The notes under the pieces are model-generated. The model was not told where the DNA came from. It did not search any database and worked only from the letters and a program-made list of their open reading frames with translations. The translations under genes and the position numbers were made by a program. A stretch of DNA of 64,000 bases from Promethearchaeota archaeon (GTDB taxonomy: Archaea; Asgardarchaeota; Thorarchaeia; Thorarchaeales; Thorarchaeaceae), in assembly GCA_027031765.1 (NCBI GenBank), contig JALVPN010000165.1:7993-71992 (forward strand), given 5' to 3'. Every line of letters begins with the position of its first letter. Positions within the stretch are counted from its first letter, which is position 1. Below, piece after piece: positions 1 to 10,071 of this stretch.

Positions 1-101
1 GTGCACTCTCAGTAGGTGTGGTACCCACAATGGCCCGCTGTGGCAATCGGCGCAATCGCTACCCTTTTTATCGTGGAGTGGGCCGGCAGCAGTGACCTGC
101 G

Positions 102-629
102 TTGCAGCTAGAGTGGCTATTCGGTTCATCATGGTGGATTGTCGGGATTATTGTCCTGCTGCTGTACGTGTGGAGCGTCACGAGAGACCACGACCGGACA
201 GTGCGTGCACTGAAGAGGTCTGTGCGTTTTGTGGTCAAGTCGCTCCCGTTGTTCTTCCTTGCAGTGCTCCTGATTGGGTTCATGAAGGAGATTCTGCTAC
301 CAAATGACCAGGCAATCCTTGATGCGTTTGGCAGTGCTGGCACCGGCATCTTCTGGGCCACACTGCTGGGCTTCCTGCTGCCCGGCCCACGGTATGCAAT
401 ATACCCACTTGCTGAAGTGATGTTGGCTGCCGGTGCCAGTATCGGTGCTGTGATGGCCCTCATTGCAAGTCAGCAGCTGATTGACGTGCCAGAGGGCTGT
501 TTTATTGAGATAAAGTACCTAGGTCCCAAGTTCTTTGCAGCCCGCTTGGTAATCGCCATTCTGACAACTCTTGCAGCAGCCTGTCTGGCCATAGTGGTGC
601 ATTCCATCGTCCCCTTGTGGCCCCCGTAG
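102..629 (+). CDS. Predicted permease (DUF318/YraQ-like), first of two tandem paralogous halves
   Basis: Multi-TM protein with motif 'LLPGPRYAIYPLAEVMLAAGASIGAVMAL'. It is paralogous to the downstream ORF ('MTPGPIYSIFPIVWVL...'). The two genes overlap by 13 nt. Confidence 0.55.
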   Translation: MQLEWLFGSSWWIVGIIVLLLYVWSVTRDHDRTVRALKRSVRFVVKSLPLFFLAVLLIGFMKEILLPNDQAILDAFGSAGTGIFWATLLGFLLPGPRYAIYPLAEVMLAAGASIGAVMALIASQQLIDVPEGCFIEIKYLGPKFFAARLVIAILTTLAAACLAIVVHSIVPLWPP

Positions 630-1264
630 TGCGAAGAGGTGGTGTGCTATATATGGGTGACACAGAGGTGGTCCCAACAGCAGAGCCGTACCCTGAGGGG
701 GACGGGCGTTCACGTGCGCGGAAAGTGCTGGATGTCGTGATGGTGGAGGGCACACTCTTCGTGCTACTGCTAATATTCTTCGTGTGGGTTCTCGTCACAC
801 TGCCGGACAGGATTGGTGCGGCCATCGACTTTTCCGTGCAGAACCTCATCGAAACAATCCCAATATTCGTTGTGGCCAGTCTGCTGGCCGGCTGGGTTGA
901 CGCCTGGGTCGATAAGGACATCGTGACCCGCTTCTTTCATGAGCGCAACCTTTTCCGTAGCCTTGTCGTAATCTCAGTCCTCGGTATTATGACGCCCGGC
1001 CCAATATACTCGATTTTCCCAATCGTGTGGGTGCTCAGGAAAAAGGGGATCGGGTCGCACTACCTAATTGCCTATCTCACGGGGCAGACGCTCATGGGCC
1101 CGATGCGGGTGCCCCTTGAACTCTACTATCTCGGTGTCCCATTCTTCATCTTTAGGGTGTTCTCCTCAATACTCATGGGCGTGTTCGCAGGTCTGTGCAC
1201 ATACCCGATTAGACGACACCTTGACCGTTCCCTCGATGAAGTGACCGCAGAGTTTGAGCGCTGA
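617..1264 (+). CDS. Predicted permease (DUF318/YraQ-like), second paralogous half
   Basis: Multi-TM protein sharing the GP(x)Y..FP/PL motif with the upstream ORF. It is translationally coupled to it by an overlap. Confidence 0.55.
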   Translation: MAPVVRRGGVLYMGDTEVVPTAEPYPEGDGRSRARKVLDVVMVEGTLFVLLLIFFVWVLVTLPDRIGAAIDFSVQNLIETIPIFVVASLLAGWVDAWVDKDIVTRFFHERNLFRSLVVISVLGIMTPGPIYSIFPIVWVLRKKGIGSHYLIAYLTGQTLMGPMRVPLELYYLGVPFFIFRVFSSILMGVFAGLCTYPIRRHLDRSLDEVTAEFER

Positions 1265-1448
1265 GTGGCCGTCCTCGCCATCGTGTTGGATGGGACTAAC
1301 AGGTCCTTCACCCTACAAGGTCAAACACACTGCATACCCTTCCTGTGTATCCCCGTTTCCCCTGTGCAGACTCGTTACACAATCCTTTTAACTGAGCTCA
1401 AGCCGTTACCGACTCAGCTTCATCAACCTACTGAGGTAGTGGACACAA

Positions 1449-1814
1449 ATGGGCAGAGAAAAAGCCATCGGTGCGCTAATCTTCATTGTCGGACTTCTCA
1501 TCTTACTCTACTACACCTGGGGTCTGTTGATACTCGTCATAATTGCTCCAGGCCTCCGCCAGGTCGTGGAGAGCATTTTCGGTGCGGGCACCATCTTGGC
1601 CAGTATCTTCGCCCCGAGCTGGGAATTGTTGGTAATACTGCCAATCTGGTTAGCTGTCTTGGTGATCTGTGTGATTGGCATGTGGATTGGGTACACCATG
1701 CTGACGACCCCATCCATTGAAACGCCTGATGATGTCCAGTTCGACCACGAAGAATTGGAGGCCAAGACCACTGAAGAGCCCCCTGCTAGTGGGGAGTCCG
1801 AGTCATCCGAGTAG
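1449..1814 (+). CDS. Small membrane protein with acidic C-terminal tail
   Basis: Three predicted TM helices followed by a Glu/Asp-rich tail. A GAGGT motif lies about 8 nt upstream of the ATG. Confidence 0.45.
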   Translation: MGREKAIGALIFIVGLLILLYYTWGLLILVIIAPGLRQVVESIFGAGTILASIFAPSWELLVILPIWLAVLVICVIGMWIGYTMLTTPSIETPDDVQFDHEELEAKTTEEPPASGESESSE

Positions 1815-2049
1815 GACAACACCCAAACGACACTGCCCCGGGGCTCAGTATGCTGGTAGGTGCGTGGGCCGCCGGGGTGCCCCCCCCATCATGGGTCTAT
1901 CCACCGACCCCTGCAGACCATGGGCAGTCCCACAGGAGCACCAAGCTTGCAAAGTGGTGAAGGACTAGCATCTGCTGGGGTCTCTGTAGTGTATGCTGGC
2001 CCTGCGCACGATATTGATACAACACCCGCAAATATGGTTGCATGAAACA

Positions 2050-2610
2050 ATGCCACTGTTCAAACGCAGGCACCGGAAGGAGTACCGCGAAGCTGTCAGA
2101 CTGATTCGCGATGGCCGTCCAGACCGTGCAGTGCCGCTCCTCAGGGCGCTCTTACAGAGAGAGCCTGATAGCGTTGATACACTGGTCGCCCTTGCGGTCG
2201 CCCTCCTCGAGAGCAGTCCCGCCCCGTCCATGGCGAACCCCTCAACGCAGGAGGCCCTCGCCCTCCTGGACAGTGCAGCCTCACTGGCTCCCGATGACCC
2301 CACGCCGCTCTTCAACAAGGGCGTGTGTTACCGCAAAATGGGCCGTCTGGAGGACGCCCTCGATACATTCTCCGCAGTACTAGGTATCGACCGGCGTAAT
2401 GCACTTGCTACACTGCACATGGCCGAGATATGCTACGAGCTGGGCCGTTGGGAGGAAGCAGTCGAGTACGCACGCGTTGCCCTCATCCGTGACCCCGGTT
2501 TTGAGGAGGCCCTACACTGGGTGCCCGATGCTATGCGTAGAGCCGGGATGCTGTCTGCGGAGTCGGGCAGTGTCGACAGCGAGTCCAATGATGAGGGCGC
2601 CGAGCAGTGA
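2050..2610 (+). CDS. TPR-repeat protein
   Basis: Repeated 34-aa TPR-like helices ('ALALLDSAASLAPDDPTPLFNKGVCYRKMGRLEDAL'). The start is ambiguous; the ORF opens at 1993. Confidence 0.5.
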   Translation: MPLFKRRHRKEYREAVRLIRDGRPDRAVPLLRALLQREPDSVDTLVALAVALLESSPAPSMANPSTQEALALLDSAASLAPDDPTPLFNKGVCYRKMGRLEDALDTFSAVLGIDRRNALATLHMAEICYELGRWEEAVEYARVALIRDPGFEEALHWVPDAMRRAGMLSAESGSVDSESNDEGAEQ

Positions 2611-2926
2611 CCAGTCCTTACAGCTAGTCGTCCGGGATCCGGCCCTGTGCGACCCGCCATGATTTGGGGGGATCCCAGTCCATCTGTCACGAAGAACTGC
2701 CATGAGACGGCCGGTGGGCCCTGCCACTGCCAGTCGATGCTCTGGAATCGGGCCTGTTGCCTATGTCTGGTGTATAGTGCCACTCTCGCTGGGCAGTCAT
2801 TACCATACTGCCGTCAATACCGTCGGGTCGCAACTCTTAAATTGGTTTCATCTGCCCTCCACTCTGTTCCGTTGACGTTAGCGAGTCGTCTGGTGATACA
2901 GTACTATGTCATCCCGAGGAGAACCA

Positions 2927-3316
2927 ATGTATCGCGGCTACAAGCTTGACGAGCTGGCACGGATGAGTATGGACGAACTGATCGAACTGCTGCCGTCCAG
3001 GAGGCGCCGCACCCTCAAGCGTGGACTATCTCCCCGTCAGAAGAAGCTCCTTGCAAAGATGCGTCACGCACGCAAGATGCTCCGCAAGGGCAAGGAGGTC
3101 GTGGTGCGCACTCACGTCCGTGACATGCCGATTCTCCCCGAGATGATAGACCTGCATGTTGCAGTCTACAATGGAAAGGAGTTTGTGCGTTTCAAGATCA
3201 CCCCCGACATGATTGGTGAGGTCCTGGGCTCCATGAGCTCACCGATAAGGCCCGTCAAACACGGCAGTCCGGGCATCGGTGCCACAAAGAGCAGCCAGTA
3301 TGTGCCGCTCAAGTAG
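2927..3316 (+). CDS. rps19: 30S ribosomal protein uS19 (S19p/S15e), archaeal type
   Basis: 'MYRGYKLDEL...LPSRRRRTLKRGLSPRQKKLL...HVRDMPILPEMI...VYNGKEF...KPVKHGSPGIGATKSSQYVPLK' is a canonical archaeal uS19. A GAGGAG SD sits 5 nt before the ATG at 2927. Confidence 0.85.
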   Translation: MYRGYKLDELARMSMDELIELLPSRRRRTLKRGLSPRQKKLLAKMRHARKMLRKGKEVVVRTHVRDMPILPEMIDLHVAVYNGKEFVRFKITPDMIGEVLGSMSSPIRPVKHGSPGIGATKSSQYVPLK

Positions 3317-3577
3317 GGCCAGACATGCGGTCTGCCCCTTTGGTGTGCCGCTCCAGACTTTGCCAACTGTCCGTGGTGTCCATGTCCTGCGACAAGTTGC
3401 TCTCCTTGGCCAAATACCAACCCCCAGGCCAACTCTGTCCCTGTGAGCCCGTATGGACGCCTCCCGTTCTGTCTGTGTATGTGGCCGTCATCCAGTGGGC
3501 CTACACCGTTACAAGTACCGCCATATGACCGCGGCCCACATTCTGGGAAACTCCCGGCACGGGTGGTGGCTGGCTGG

Positions 3578-4519
3578 TCACAGTACGACCTGCCGGTCCT
3601 CTGCCGTTTCCATGTTATGTCGTGCGGCCTCAAGTGTCGGGTCAAGTTCCAGTGCCCTTGCATAGCACTCCATGGCCCGCTTGATCTCCCCACGTTCCCT
3701 GTACACGACGCCTAGGTTGTTCCAGCCATGTGGGTCGTAGGGTGCCACTTCAACATATCTCTCCAGATACATGAGGGCCTCTTGCCACCTCCCGACCATC
3801 CAGAGTGCAGTCCCGTACCTGAACAGTATGTACGGCTGGTCGTCACTTATTGAGAGGCTCGTCTCATAGAACTCAAGTGCCCTCTTGTAGTTGCCACCCT
3901 CGTAACAGAGGTGTCCCACTGTGTTGAGAGCACCTATTGACTCGGGGTGCCCCTCGATTGCCATGTTGAGGCTCAGGCACGCTGCGTTGAACCGTGACAG
4001 CTTGGCCTGGCAGATACCTCTCATCTCCCACGCCTCGTACAGGTTCTCGTCCTCCTCCACAAGTACCTGAGTAACTTTCAGGACGGTCTCACAGTCCTCA
4101 TGTGCAAAGGCTGCCCTTGCAATCTCAAGCAGCACCTCAGGTTCTCGTCCTCCCCTCTCAATATAGTCCTGCACTGTCCTGCGCGCCTCACCCTGCATCC
4201 CGAGACGCATCTCTACCAGTCCGCGACGTGCAAGTGCGCTGGTACAGCTCTGTCCACCCCTCTCGGCCTCACTGTAGCACTGATGTGCCTTTGGGTACTT
4301 GCCCTGCTCTTCATACACCCTCCCCAGCAAGAACCATGCACGGGTACAGGTGCTGTCCTTTTCGAGGGCCTCCTTCAGGGGCGCCTCGGCTGCCGCGACT
4401 TCTCCAAAGCTCAGGTACCGTTCGCCACGCGTGCACAACGCCTCAACTGTCTTGTCTACCGACTCCTGCATCTCACATCCGTCCAGTCGGTTCCTCTGGT
4501 CGGTCTGCACAGGCACCAC
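3578..4519 (-). CDS. TPR-repeat protein
   Basis: Multiple TPR units ('AWFLLGRVYEEQGKYPKAHQCYSEA', 'ALNTVGHLCYEGGNYKRALEFYETSL', 'GWNNLGVVYRERGEIKRAMECYARALELDP'). Confidence 0.65.
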   Translation of the reverse strand: MVPVQTDQRNRLDGCEMQESVDKTVEALCTRGERYLSFGEVAAAEAPLKEALEKDSTCTRAWFLLGRVYEEQGKYPKAHQCYSEAERGGQSCTSALARRGLVEMRLGMQGEARRTVQDYIERGGREPEVLLEIARAAFAHEDCETVLKVTQVLVEEDENLYEAWEMRGICQAKLSRFNAACLSLNMAIEGHPESIGALNTVGHLCYEGGNYKRALEFYETSLSISDDQPYILFRYGTALWMVGRWQEALMYLERYVEVAPYDPHGWNNLGVVYRERGEIKRAMECYARALELDPTLEAARHNMETAEDRQVVL

Positions 4520-4949
4520 CCTGCCCGCATCTGTTCAGACAGTCCGTCAACACTACGGTGTCCGTGCTGTTGACAGCGCGGCGCCCTGTGCCTGACCTGC
4601 AACCCGGTACATCCCGCCTGTTCCCTCCTCTGGCATAGCCCCTCAATTGCCCACAGCCGGTCAGTCGTGCCGTCAGTGCATGGGCCCCTCGTGGCGCTCG
4701 TGGGCCCCGGACGCCAGCCCACAACGTACAACTTGTGCAGTCCTTCCAGTGTGAAGAATACCATGTGTCCCGCACGCGATGCTATAACTGTTGTCCACAC
4801 GGATTGGGATTGGGGTCAATGCACCTGCTCCTGTGCCGGCACCGCCGGCCGGTCACCGACTGCATGTGCCCTATCACTAAGACCCCTATGACCGACCCCG
4901 TCCAATGACAGGCACCGTGTGTACTCAGCACTAGGTCGTGGACGCAACG

Positions 4950-5405
4950 TCACAGGTCAAGTCTGATGGTCTCCCAGCGGACCCGTCCCGCCTCTACTGC
5001 CTCCTTGATCATGCGCTCTGTCCTGCTGAGCCTTGCGCGCCCGGTCTTGACATCTGCAAGGACAACTGTGATTGGCCTGTCAGTATGGCTGTCCTTTGCG
5101 GATGTGTAACCGTCAAAGATGACATAGTCGACGGGGTTACCAATGAACCTTGCGTCAGCCGCCTCATACCGGAACACATCCCTCAGTAGTGGTACTATCT
5201 GCTCTGCAATCTTCCCCTTCAGGACGTGCCTGCTCTTATCGACCGCATCCTTCCTGATCCTCTCCTCCTCCTCAAACATGAGCCTCCTGAACTCCTCCTC
5301 CACATGTGCAATGCGGCTCTTCAGCCGTTCCCTCATGACAATGAGCACGAACACCGCGACCATGAGGCCAATCAGGAGCCCGATTGCTACGTCTTGGAGT
5401 GCCAT
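4950..5405 (-). CDS. Membrane-anchored Holliday-junction-resolvase-like (Hjc-fold, COG4741-type) protein
   Basis: N-terminal TM helix, then a coiled-coil, then an Hjc-like core ('GNPVDYVIFDGY...ITVVLADVKTGRARLSRTERMIKEA'). Confidence 0.55.
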   Translation of the reverse strand: MALQDVAIGLLIGLMVAVFVLIVMRERLKSRIAHVEEEFRRLMFEEEERIRKDAVDKSRHVLKGKIAEQIVPLLRDVFRYEAADARFIGNPVDYVIFDGYTSAKDSHTDRPITVVLADVKTGRARLSRTERMIKEAVEAGRVRWETIRLDL

Positions 5406-5456
5406 GAGCCCCCACTCGTAGCAGTCAGATATAACCCCCAGTAGTACATCCGTATT

Positions 5457-5960
5457 GTGGTGCAGCCCAAGGGGTGCATGGCATTTCCGGAAAGGCTATC
5501 TTGGGTACTGCAAGGTACTACTTTCAGCACTCGTGCGGAGCGCGAGACCACGGTGAAGACCCAGACGAAGGTCATCTGCATCGGTGCTGTCCTGCTCATA
5601 GTCCTGTCAGGCACTATCATAATGGCGGCATTTGATGACCGCGAGGGCCCGTACATATACGAGGTCGACATACTGCCGACTGAACCCTCTGACGGTGACA
5701 CGGTCTCTGTAGTGATATACTGCATTGACTCATCGGGTGTTGCCAGTGCCGAGTTGCACAGTACGCTGGACGGCCAGGAGTGGGACATCCATCAGATGCG
5801 CTTCTATACCTGTCTGTGTATAGCTGGTGGACGCTGGGTCGCACAGTTCGGCCCGGTCTCCTACAACGACTCCCCTCAGTTCTTTGTGCGCGCCTTCGAC
5901 AAGTCGCCGGCACGGAACTATGCGGACACACAGGTCTTCACCATACAGGTCTCCTCCTAA
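5457..5960 (+). CDS. Hypothetical membrane-anchored protein
   Basis: Single TM ('VICIGAVLLIVLSGTIIMAAF') followed by a roughly 110-aa beta-rich domain. It is divergent from the Hjc-like gene. Confidence 0.35.
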   Translation: MVQPKGCMAFPERLSWVLQGTTFSTRAERETTVKTQTKVICIGAVLLIVLSGTIIMAAFDDREGPYIYEVDILPTEPSDGDTVSVVIYCIDSSGVASAELHSTLDGQEWDIHQMRFYTCLCIAGGRWVAQFGPVSYNDSPQFFVRAFDKSPARNYADTQVFTIQVSS

Positions 5961-6038
5961 GGCGGGACATCTGGTGCACGAGTGTGTGGGCAAAGGCCCA
6001 CGGAACGACAGACTGGTCAATAGGAGAGTGCCACAAGA

Positions 6039-6233
6039 GTGGAGCTAAGCCGTGACAGTGCCCTGTACCTCGCCCTCATGGTGCTGGGAGTCCTCGTAGC
6101 AATTGCGCCATGGACATTTGCGCCCGTCTGTGCAGTTGAGATGCGCTGCTGGACAACACGAGACGTCGAGACCGTACTCGGTCTTGTTATTGCTGTCGTC
6201 TCGCTGTATGGCCTGTTCAAGGGCCTGGAATGA
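6039..6233 (+). CDS. Small two-TM membrane protein
   Basis: 64-aa ORF with two hydrophobic helices. Low confidence. Confidence 0.3.
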   Translation: MELSRDSALYLALMVLGVLVAIAPWTFAPVCAVEMRCWTTRDVETVLGLVIAVVSLYGLFKGLE

Positions 6234-6279
6234 CTGGGTCATCATCGAGGGGGCCGAGTTGAACAGACAACAGCGACAG

Positions 6280-6714
6280 ATGTTACAGGTCGTACTGGTG
6301 ATACTGGGCTGTTTTGGGATCTATGTGTATACTGCACTGCAACCAGTCACTCACGTATGCGCCTGGACCGGCCTTGAGATAGTCGGCCGCGGTGGTCATG
6401 AAGTTGTCTTCTCCTTTGAGAACGGCTCGGTGCGCTACTATGCTTGTATCAACGTGTCAGTGCTTGCTTTCAGACATCTTGTGGCCACTCACGAGGTTGA
6501 CCGGCTCGTGATAATCAAGGTGCGGTGCGTCGAGTGTGGGATGGTGATGGGGTGGGACGACCCAATGGTCGTGTGGATCTATCAGCCCGAATACCTGTGC
6601 CCTACGACCAGTACGCCCACGATTGTTGCAGCCTGCAGGGGCCTCTGCGAACAGCACTTCCTCGAACGGTATGGTGGCACTGTGGTACCGTGCCCCTACG
6701 TCTGGCCAGAATGA
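6280..6714 (+). CDS. Hypothetical protein with N-terminal TM and Cys-rich (CxxC) region
   Basis: 'MLQVVLVILGCFGIYVYTAL' TM, then 'CVECG...C...C' motifs. The start was chosen at an internal Met of the ORF that opens at 6103. Confidence 0.3.
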   Translation: MLQVVLVILGCFGIYVYTALQPVTHVCAWTGLEIVGRGGHEVVFSFENGSVRYYACINVSVLAFRHLVATHEVDRLVIIKVRCVECGMVMGWDDPMVVWIYQPEYLCPTTSTPTIVAACRGLCEQHFLERYGGTVVPCPYVWPE

Positions 6715-6715
6715 G

Positions 6716-7130
6716 GTGGCACACCATGAAAGGGCGTGGTATCCTCCTCTCCCTCCTGCTCCTCTCCATTGTCGTGGACCTGACAGTCCTGGTATTCGTG
6801 GGCCACATCGGGCAGACAGTGTCATGGCCACTCGGTGACCTTGGGCCCGCAGTGATGCAGGACTCGTACTCTGTACGCTCGCCTGCTCTTGAGCTGCCGT
6901 CTGGCATGCTGGGCGACATCCCCGGTGGCTACCCGGTGTACACCGGAGTACCCCTCTACACCCCCGTCCTGCCGTGCCCGGGCTGGCCCTCCGCATCATT
7001 GGGGCTCCCCGGGCTGGCCCGTCCAGTCGACCACACTGCCCTGTTGGCTGCTGTCCTGATTGCCATTGTGCCAGTCGTTGTCCTCGTTGTCCTAGGGAGG
7101 CATAGTTATGGGTATTCGAAGACACGTTAA
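6716..7130 (+). CDS. Small secreted/membrane protein (signal peptide plus C-terminal TM)
   Basis: 'MRWHTMKGRGILLSLLLLSIVV' signal-like N-terminus and a hydrophobic C-terminus ('LLAAVLIAIVPVVVLVVL'). It lies immediately upstream of the ABC permease and overlaps an antisense ORF, so it is uncertain. Confidence 0.25.
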
Positions 7131-8325
7131 CCTTGGCAGCTACGCGCTTGGCAATGTACTCAAGTATGGTCCTAGGAGCGCCGTGCTGGTCCTGGCGCTG
7201 ATGTTCTCCACTGCCCTCCTCTGCTCGACCGAGTTCATCCACGAGGGGGTCACTGTCGACATCTATGCCTCGGCCAGCGAGTCACCCGACATAGTCGTCC
7301 AGCGCTTGGAGGCAGGCCGTCAGGCCCTTGTCCCGCAGCAGTGGGTCAAGAATGCGAGTGTTGTCCGTGGGGTCCGCCTCGTCACACCAAGGGTCTGGGG
7401 GTACGTTGACATCGGTGGTGGTCGGCTGGTGACCGTAATGGGTGTGAACGCCTCTGTCTATGGGCTGGCCTTCGGGGCTGTCGGCACAGATGTGCTCGAC
7501 GGTGGCAGGTTCATCCAGCCGGACGACCGGGGCAAGATTGTGGTCGGACAGGGGATTGTCGACCTCATGCAGAACGCATACTCACCGGTCACAATTGGGG
7601 TGGGCTCCTCCCTCGGGATAGTGGCCTACAACGGTACCACTATGGAGTTTGAGGTCGTGGGGGTGTTCTCATCACAGGCCCGGGTCTTCAGCAACGACCT
7701 CATAGTGACCGACCTCCAGAGTGCGAGGGACCTGTTCGGTCTCCTGAACGCTTCGGGCTTCACAGACCTGGCCGTCTGGACCGAGTACCACGAGGACATC
7801 AACGACGTCGCCTTCCGTCTGGACACCCGGCTCGCAGGCTCCCGTGTACTCACTCGTGATGCCATCCGCGACCTGCAACTCAAGGCCTACGGCGGCCGCG
7901 CAGGGGCAGTCGCACTGGTGTGGGCGACCAGCCTTGCGAGCATAGTACTCGTCGCCTTCATGGCATCAAGCGCAGCCTCTGACGAGGCCCGGCGAGAAGT
8001 GGGCCTCTTGAAGGCCCTGGGCTACGACACTGTTGATGTGATTGAGATCCGGATGTTTGAGGCTACAGTCATCAGCCTGTTCGGTGCCAGTCTTGGTGTA
8101 TCGGCTGCAGTGTTCTTTGACTTCGTCCTCGGCGCACCGGGACTTGCTCTCTTCCTCCTTGGATGGAGCATCCCACTGCTCAATAACGGCATACCTCTCG
8201 CAGTGTCTGCACAGACCATATTCACAGCATACGTGGTCGCTATCACCCCGGTCATTGTTGCAACAGTGGTGCCCGCATGGAGGAACGCAATCACAGAGCC
8301 TGACACTGTGCTCAGGGGGGTGTGA
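7108..8325 (+). CDS. ABC transporter permease, FtsX/MacB-like
   Basis: N-terminal TM, a large extracytoplasmic domain, then a C-terminal FtsX-like 3-TM bundle ('ASSAASDEARREVGLLKALGYDTVDVIEIRMFEA'). Confidence 0.8.
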   Translation: MGIRRHVNLGSYALGNVLKYGPRSAVLVLALMFSTALLCSTEFIHEGVTVDIYASASESPDIVVQRLEAGRQALVPQQWVKNASVVRGVRLVTPRVWGYVDIGGGRLVTVMGVNASVYGLAFGAVGTDVLDGGRFIQPDDRGKIVVGQGIVDLMQNAYSPVTIGVGSSLGIVAYNGTTMEFEVVGVFSSQARVFSNDLIVTDLQSARDLFGLLNASGFTDLAVWTEYHEDINDVAFRLDTRLAGSRVLTRDAIRDLQLKAYGGRAGAVALVWATSLASIVLVAFMASSAASDEARREVGLLKALGYDTVDVIEIRMFEATVISLFGASLGVSAAVFFDFVLGAPGLALFLLGWSIPLLNNGIPLAVSAQTIFTAYVVAITPVIVATVVPAWRNAITEPDTVLRGV

Positions 8326-8329
8326 TGTC

Positions 8330-9016
8330 TTGCCCACCACCATACATGTTGAGGGCGTCTGGAAAGTGTATGGGGCCGGCACCCCGCGTGAAGTTGTCGC
8401 AGTGAGGGACGTGTCGCTCAAGGCCGGGCCCGGCAGGGTCACTGCTCTCGGTGGCCCCAGCGGCTCCGGGAAGACCACGCTCCTGTGCATCATGGGCCTC
8501 CTGACACGTCCGACACGTGGTCGGGTCTTCATTGATGGCACCGACCTGACTGGCGTGTCCGAGGTCTTCAGGACGCGGGTGCGTCGCCAGAAGATTGGTT
8601 TCGTGTTCCAGGCCCAGTACCTCCTCCCACAACTCACTGCCGTGGAGAACGTGGCACTGCCGCTCCTGTGCACTGACATCTCACGTGCCGAGGCCGAAGA
8701 GTTGGCTGAAGAGCGTCTCACAGAACTCGGTCTCGGGCACCGACTGCACTTCAGGGTCGCGGAGCTGAGCGGCGGCGAGCAGCAGCGTGTGAGCATTGCC
8801 CGGTCGCTCATTAGAGGGCCCGAGGTGCTGATTGCTGATGAGCCCAGCAGTTCCATAGACGCAAGACAGACCGCAGACCTCTTGGCAGTGCTGCGTGGCA
8901 TGGTCGACAGCAGGGGTCTGGCCGTCATTGTGGCGTCCCATGACCCGCGCGTACTCGACTGGGCCGACCATGTCTACTGGCTGCGTGATGGCCGGGTCGT
9001 TGAGGCAGGTCAGTGA
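8330..9016 (+). CDS. ABC transporter ATP-binding protein (MacB/LolD-like)
   Basis: Walker A 'GPSGSGKTTLL', signature 'LSGGEQQRVSIARSL', Walker B 'LIADEPSSSID'. The probable TTG start is at 8330, just after the permease stop. Confidence 0.85.
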   Translation: MPTTIHVEGVWKVYGAGTPREVVAVRDVSLKAGPGRVTALGGPSGSGKTTLLCIMGLLTRPTRGRVFIDGTDLTGVSEVFRTRVRRQKIGFVFQAQYLLPQLTAVENVALPLLCTDISRAEAEELAEERLTELGLGHRLHFRVAELSGGEQQRVSIARSLIRGPEVLIADEPSSSIDARQTADLLAVLRGMVDSRGLAVIVASHDPRVLDWADHVYWLRDGRVVEAGQ

Positions 9017-9026
9017 CAGGCCCCCC

Positions 9027-10007
9027 TCACAGGGCCACTATGCTGTGTGACACCATGCTCGTCATACTGAAGATGAGTGCGACTGATGCCACCTTCCTGA
9101 GTACCGAACGCGTTGCATCTATGTCTGCCACTTCAAGTCCATAGCGCAACCAGATGCTCTCAAGGCCCACTCTCCAGCCGGTGGCAGCCACTCCGACCCA
9201 GAGGAGTGCGGAGAAGAGTGCGGTGTCTGGATACTCCTGGAACAGACAGTACGGGCAGTGGTGTGTTGGGAGCCCCAGTAGCAGCGGTGCATATGTGTCA
9301 TGTAGCGCGACTAGGTACAGGAGGCCACTCACAGACGTGAGCACAAGGGCCAAGAGCCTGTGTGACGGTCTCAGGGTGTCCACCCACTGGAATGCTGCTA
9401 GGACAACTGCCGTCACGATGGCCGCCACGAGGACTACTGCACCCCACTCTGGGCCAAGCACCGCGGACGGTGAGAATGGCGGGTCCACATCGTAGATGCT
9501 GGAGCAACAGGGTGCATATACGGGCGCCACAGATGCTATGAACAGGATGTCCGCAGAGGCATCAGCAAGCACCATTGGGAACAACACTACGAGCGACGAC
9601 CGGACAAGCCAGCGTAGTAGGGGCATCCTCGGTTGACCCCGGTTGGACAGCTCGACGACCAGCCACATCCCGTAGGCGAACGGCAGGGTCAGCTTGAGGA
9701 TTAGTGCAAGGGACGAGTACGGGTTGCCCACATTGACGACACCGTACGCACACATTGCCCCGGGGCAATACGGCACCAGCGACTGGAGCGTCCAGAAGAA
9801 GACTGGCACAACGAGTAGTCGTGTCGTCAACAGTACCACACCTATCAGTCCGAGCAGGTAGTACTTCTGTTCGGCTGGGACTGTTACCTCCATTCCATCG
9901 TCCATCTCTTCAAGGATGGACACGGCGGTCACTGCACCGTACAGCCCCAGTAGGACTGACAGCAGTCCCACAACGAGCACTATTATTGTGGTAACCGTGA
10001 CAATCAT
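9027..10007 (-). CDS. Polytopic membrane protein with conserved Cys pairs (CPGAMC, CPYC)
   Basis: About 9 predicted TM helices with paired cysteines. It may be a thiol-oxidoreductase-like membrane protein, but the family is not recognised. Confidence 0.45.
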   Translation of the reverse strand: MIVTVTTIIVLVVGLLSVLLGLYGAVTAVSILEEMDDGMEVTVPAEQKYYLLGLIGVVLLTTRLLVVPVFFWTLQSLVPYCPGAMCAYGVVNVGNPYSSLALILKLTLPFAYGMWLVVELSNRGQPRMPLLRWLVRSSLVVLFPMVLADASADILFIASVAPVYAPCCSSIYDVDPPFSPSAVLGPEWGAVVLVAAIVTAVVLAAFQWVDTLRPSHRLLALVLTSVSGLLYLVALHDTYAPLLLGLPTHHCPYCLFQEYPDTALFSALLWVGVAATGWRVGLESIWLRYGLEVADIDATRSVLRKVASVALIFSMTSMVSHSIVAL

Positions 10008-10071
10008 GCTGGCCCCACCTTGTACTCCTCATCGGAAGCCCTATTTGTGGTCATCGCTACCGGGAACGACT

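Noticed and set aside
68-463. 131-aa minus-strand ORF overlapping the first permease gene
   Set aside because: It is antisense to a convincing multi-TM gene. It is Ala/Arg/Ser-rich and low-complexity, as is typical of high-GC antisense frames.
6457-7242. 261-aa minus-strand ORF
   Set aside because: It is Arg/Gly/Ala-rich and low-complexity, with no motifs. It overlaps plus-strand candidates upstream of the ABC permease, so it is likely a GC-driven spurious frame.
7966-8928. 320-aa minus-strand ORF antisense to the FtsX permease/ABC ATPase
   Set aside because: It is fully antisense to two genes with clear ABC motifs.
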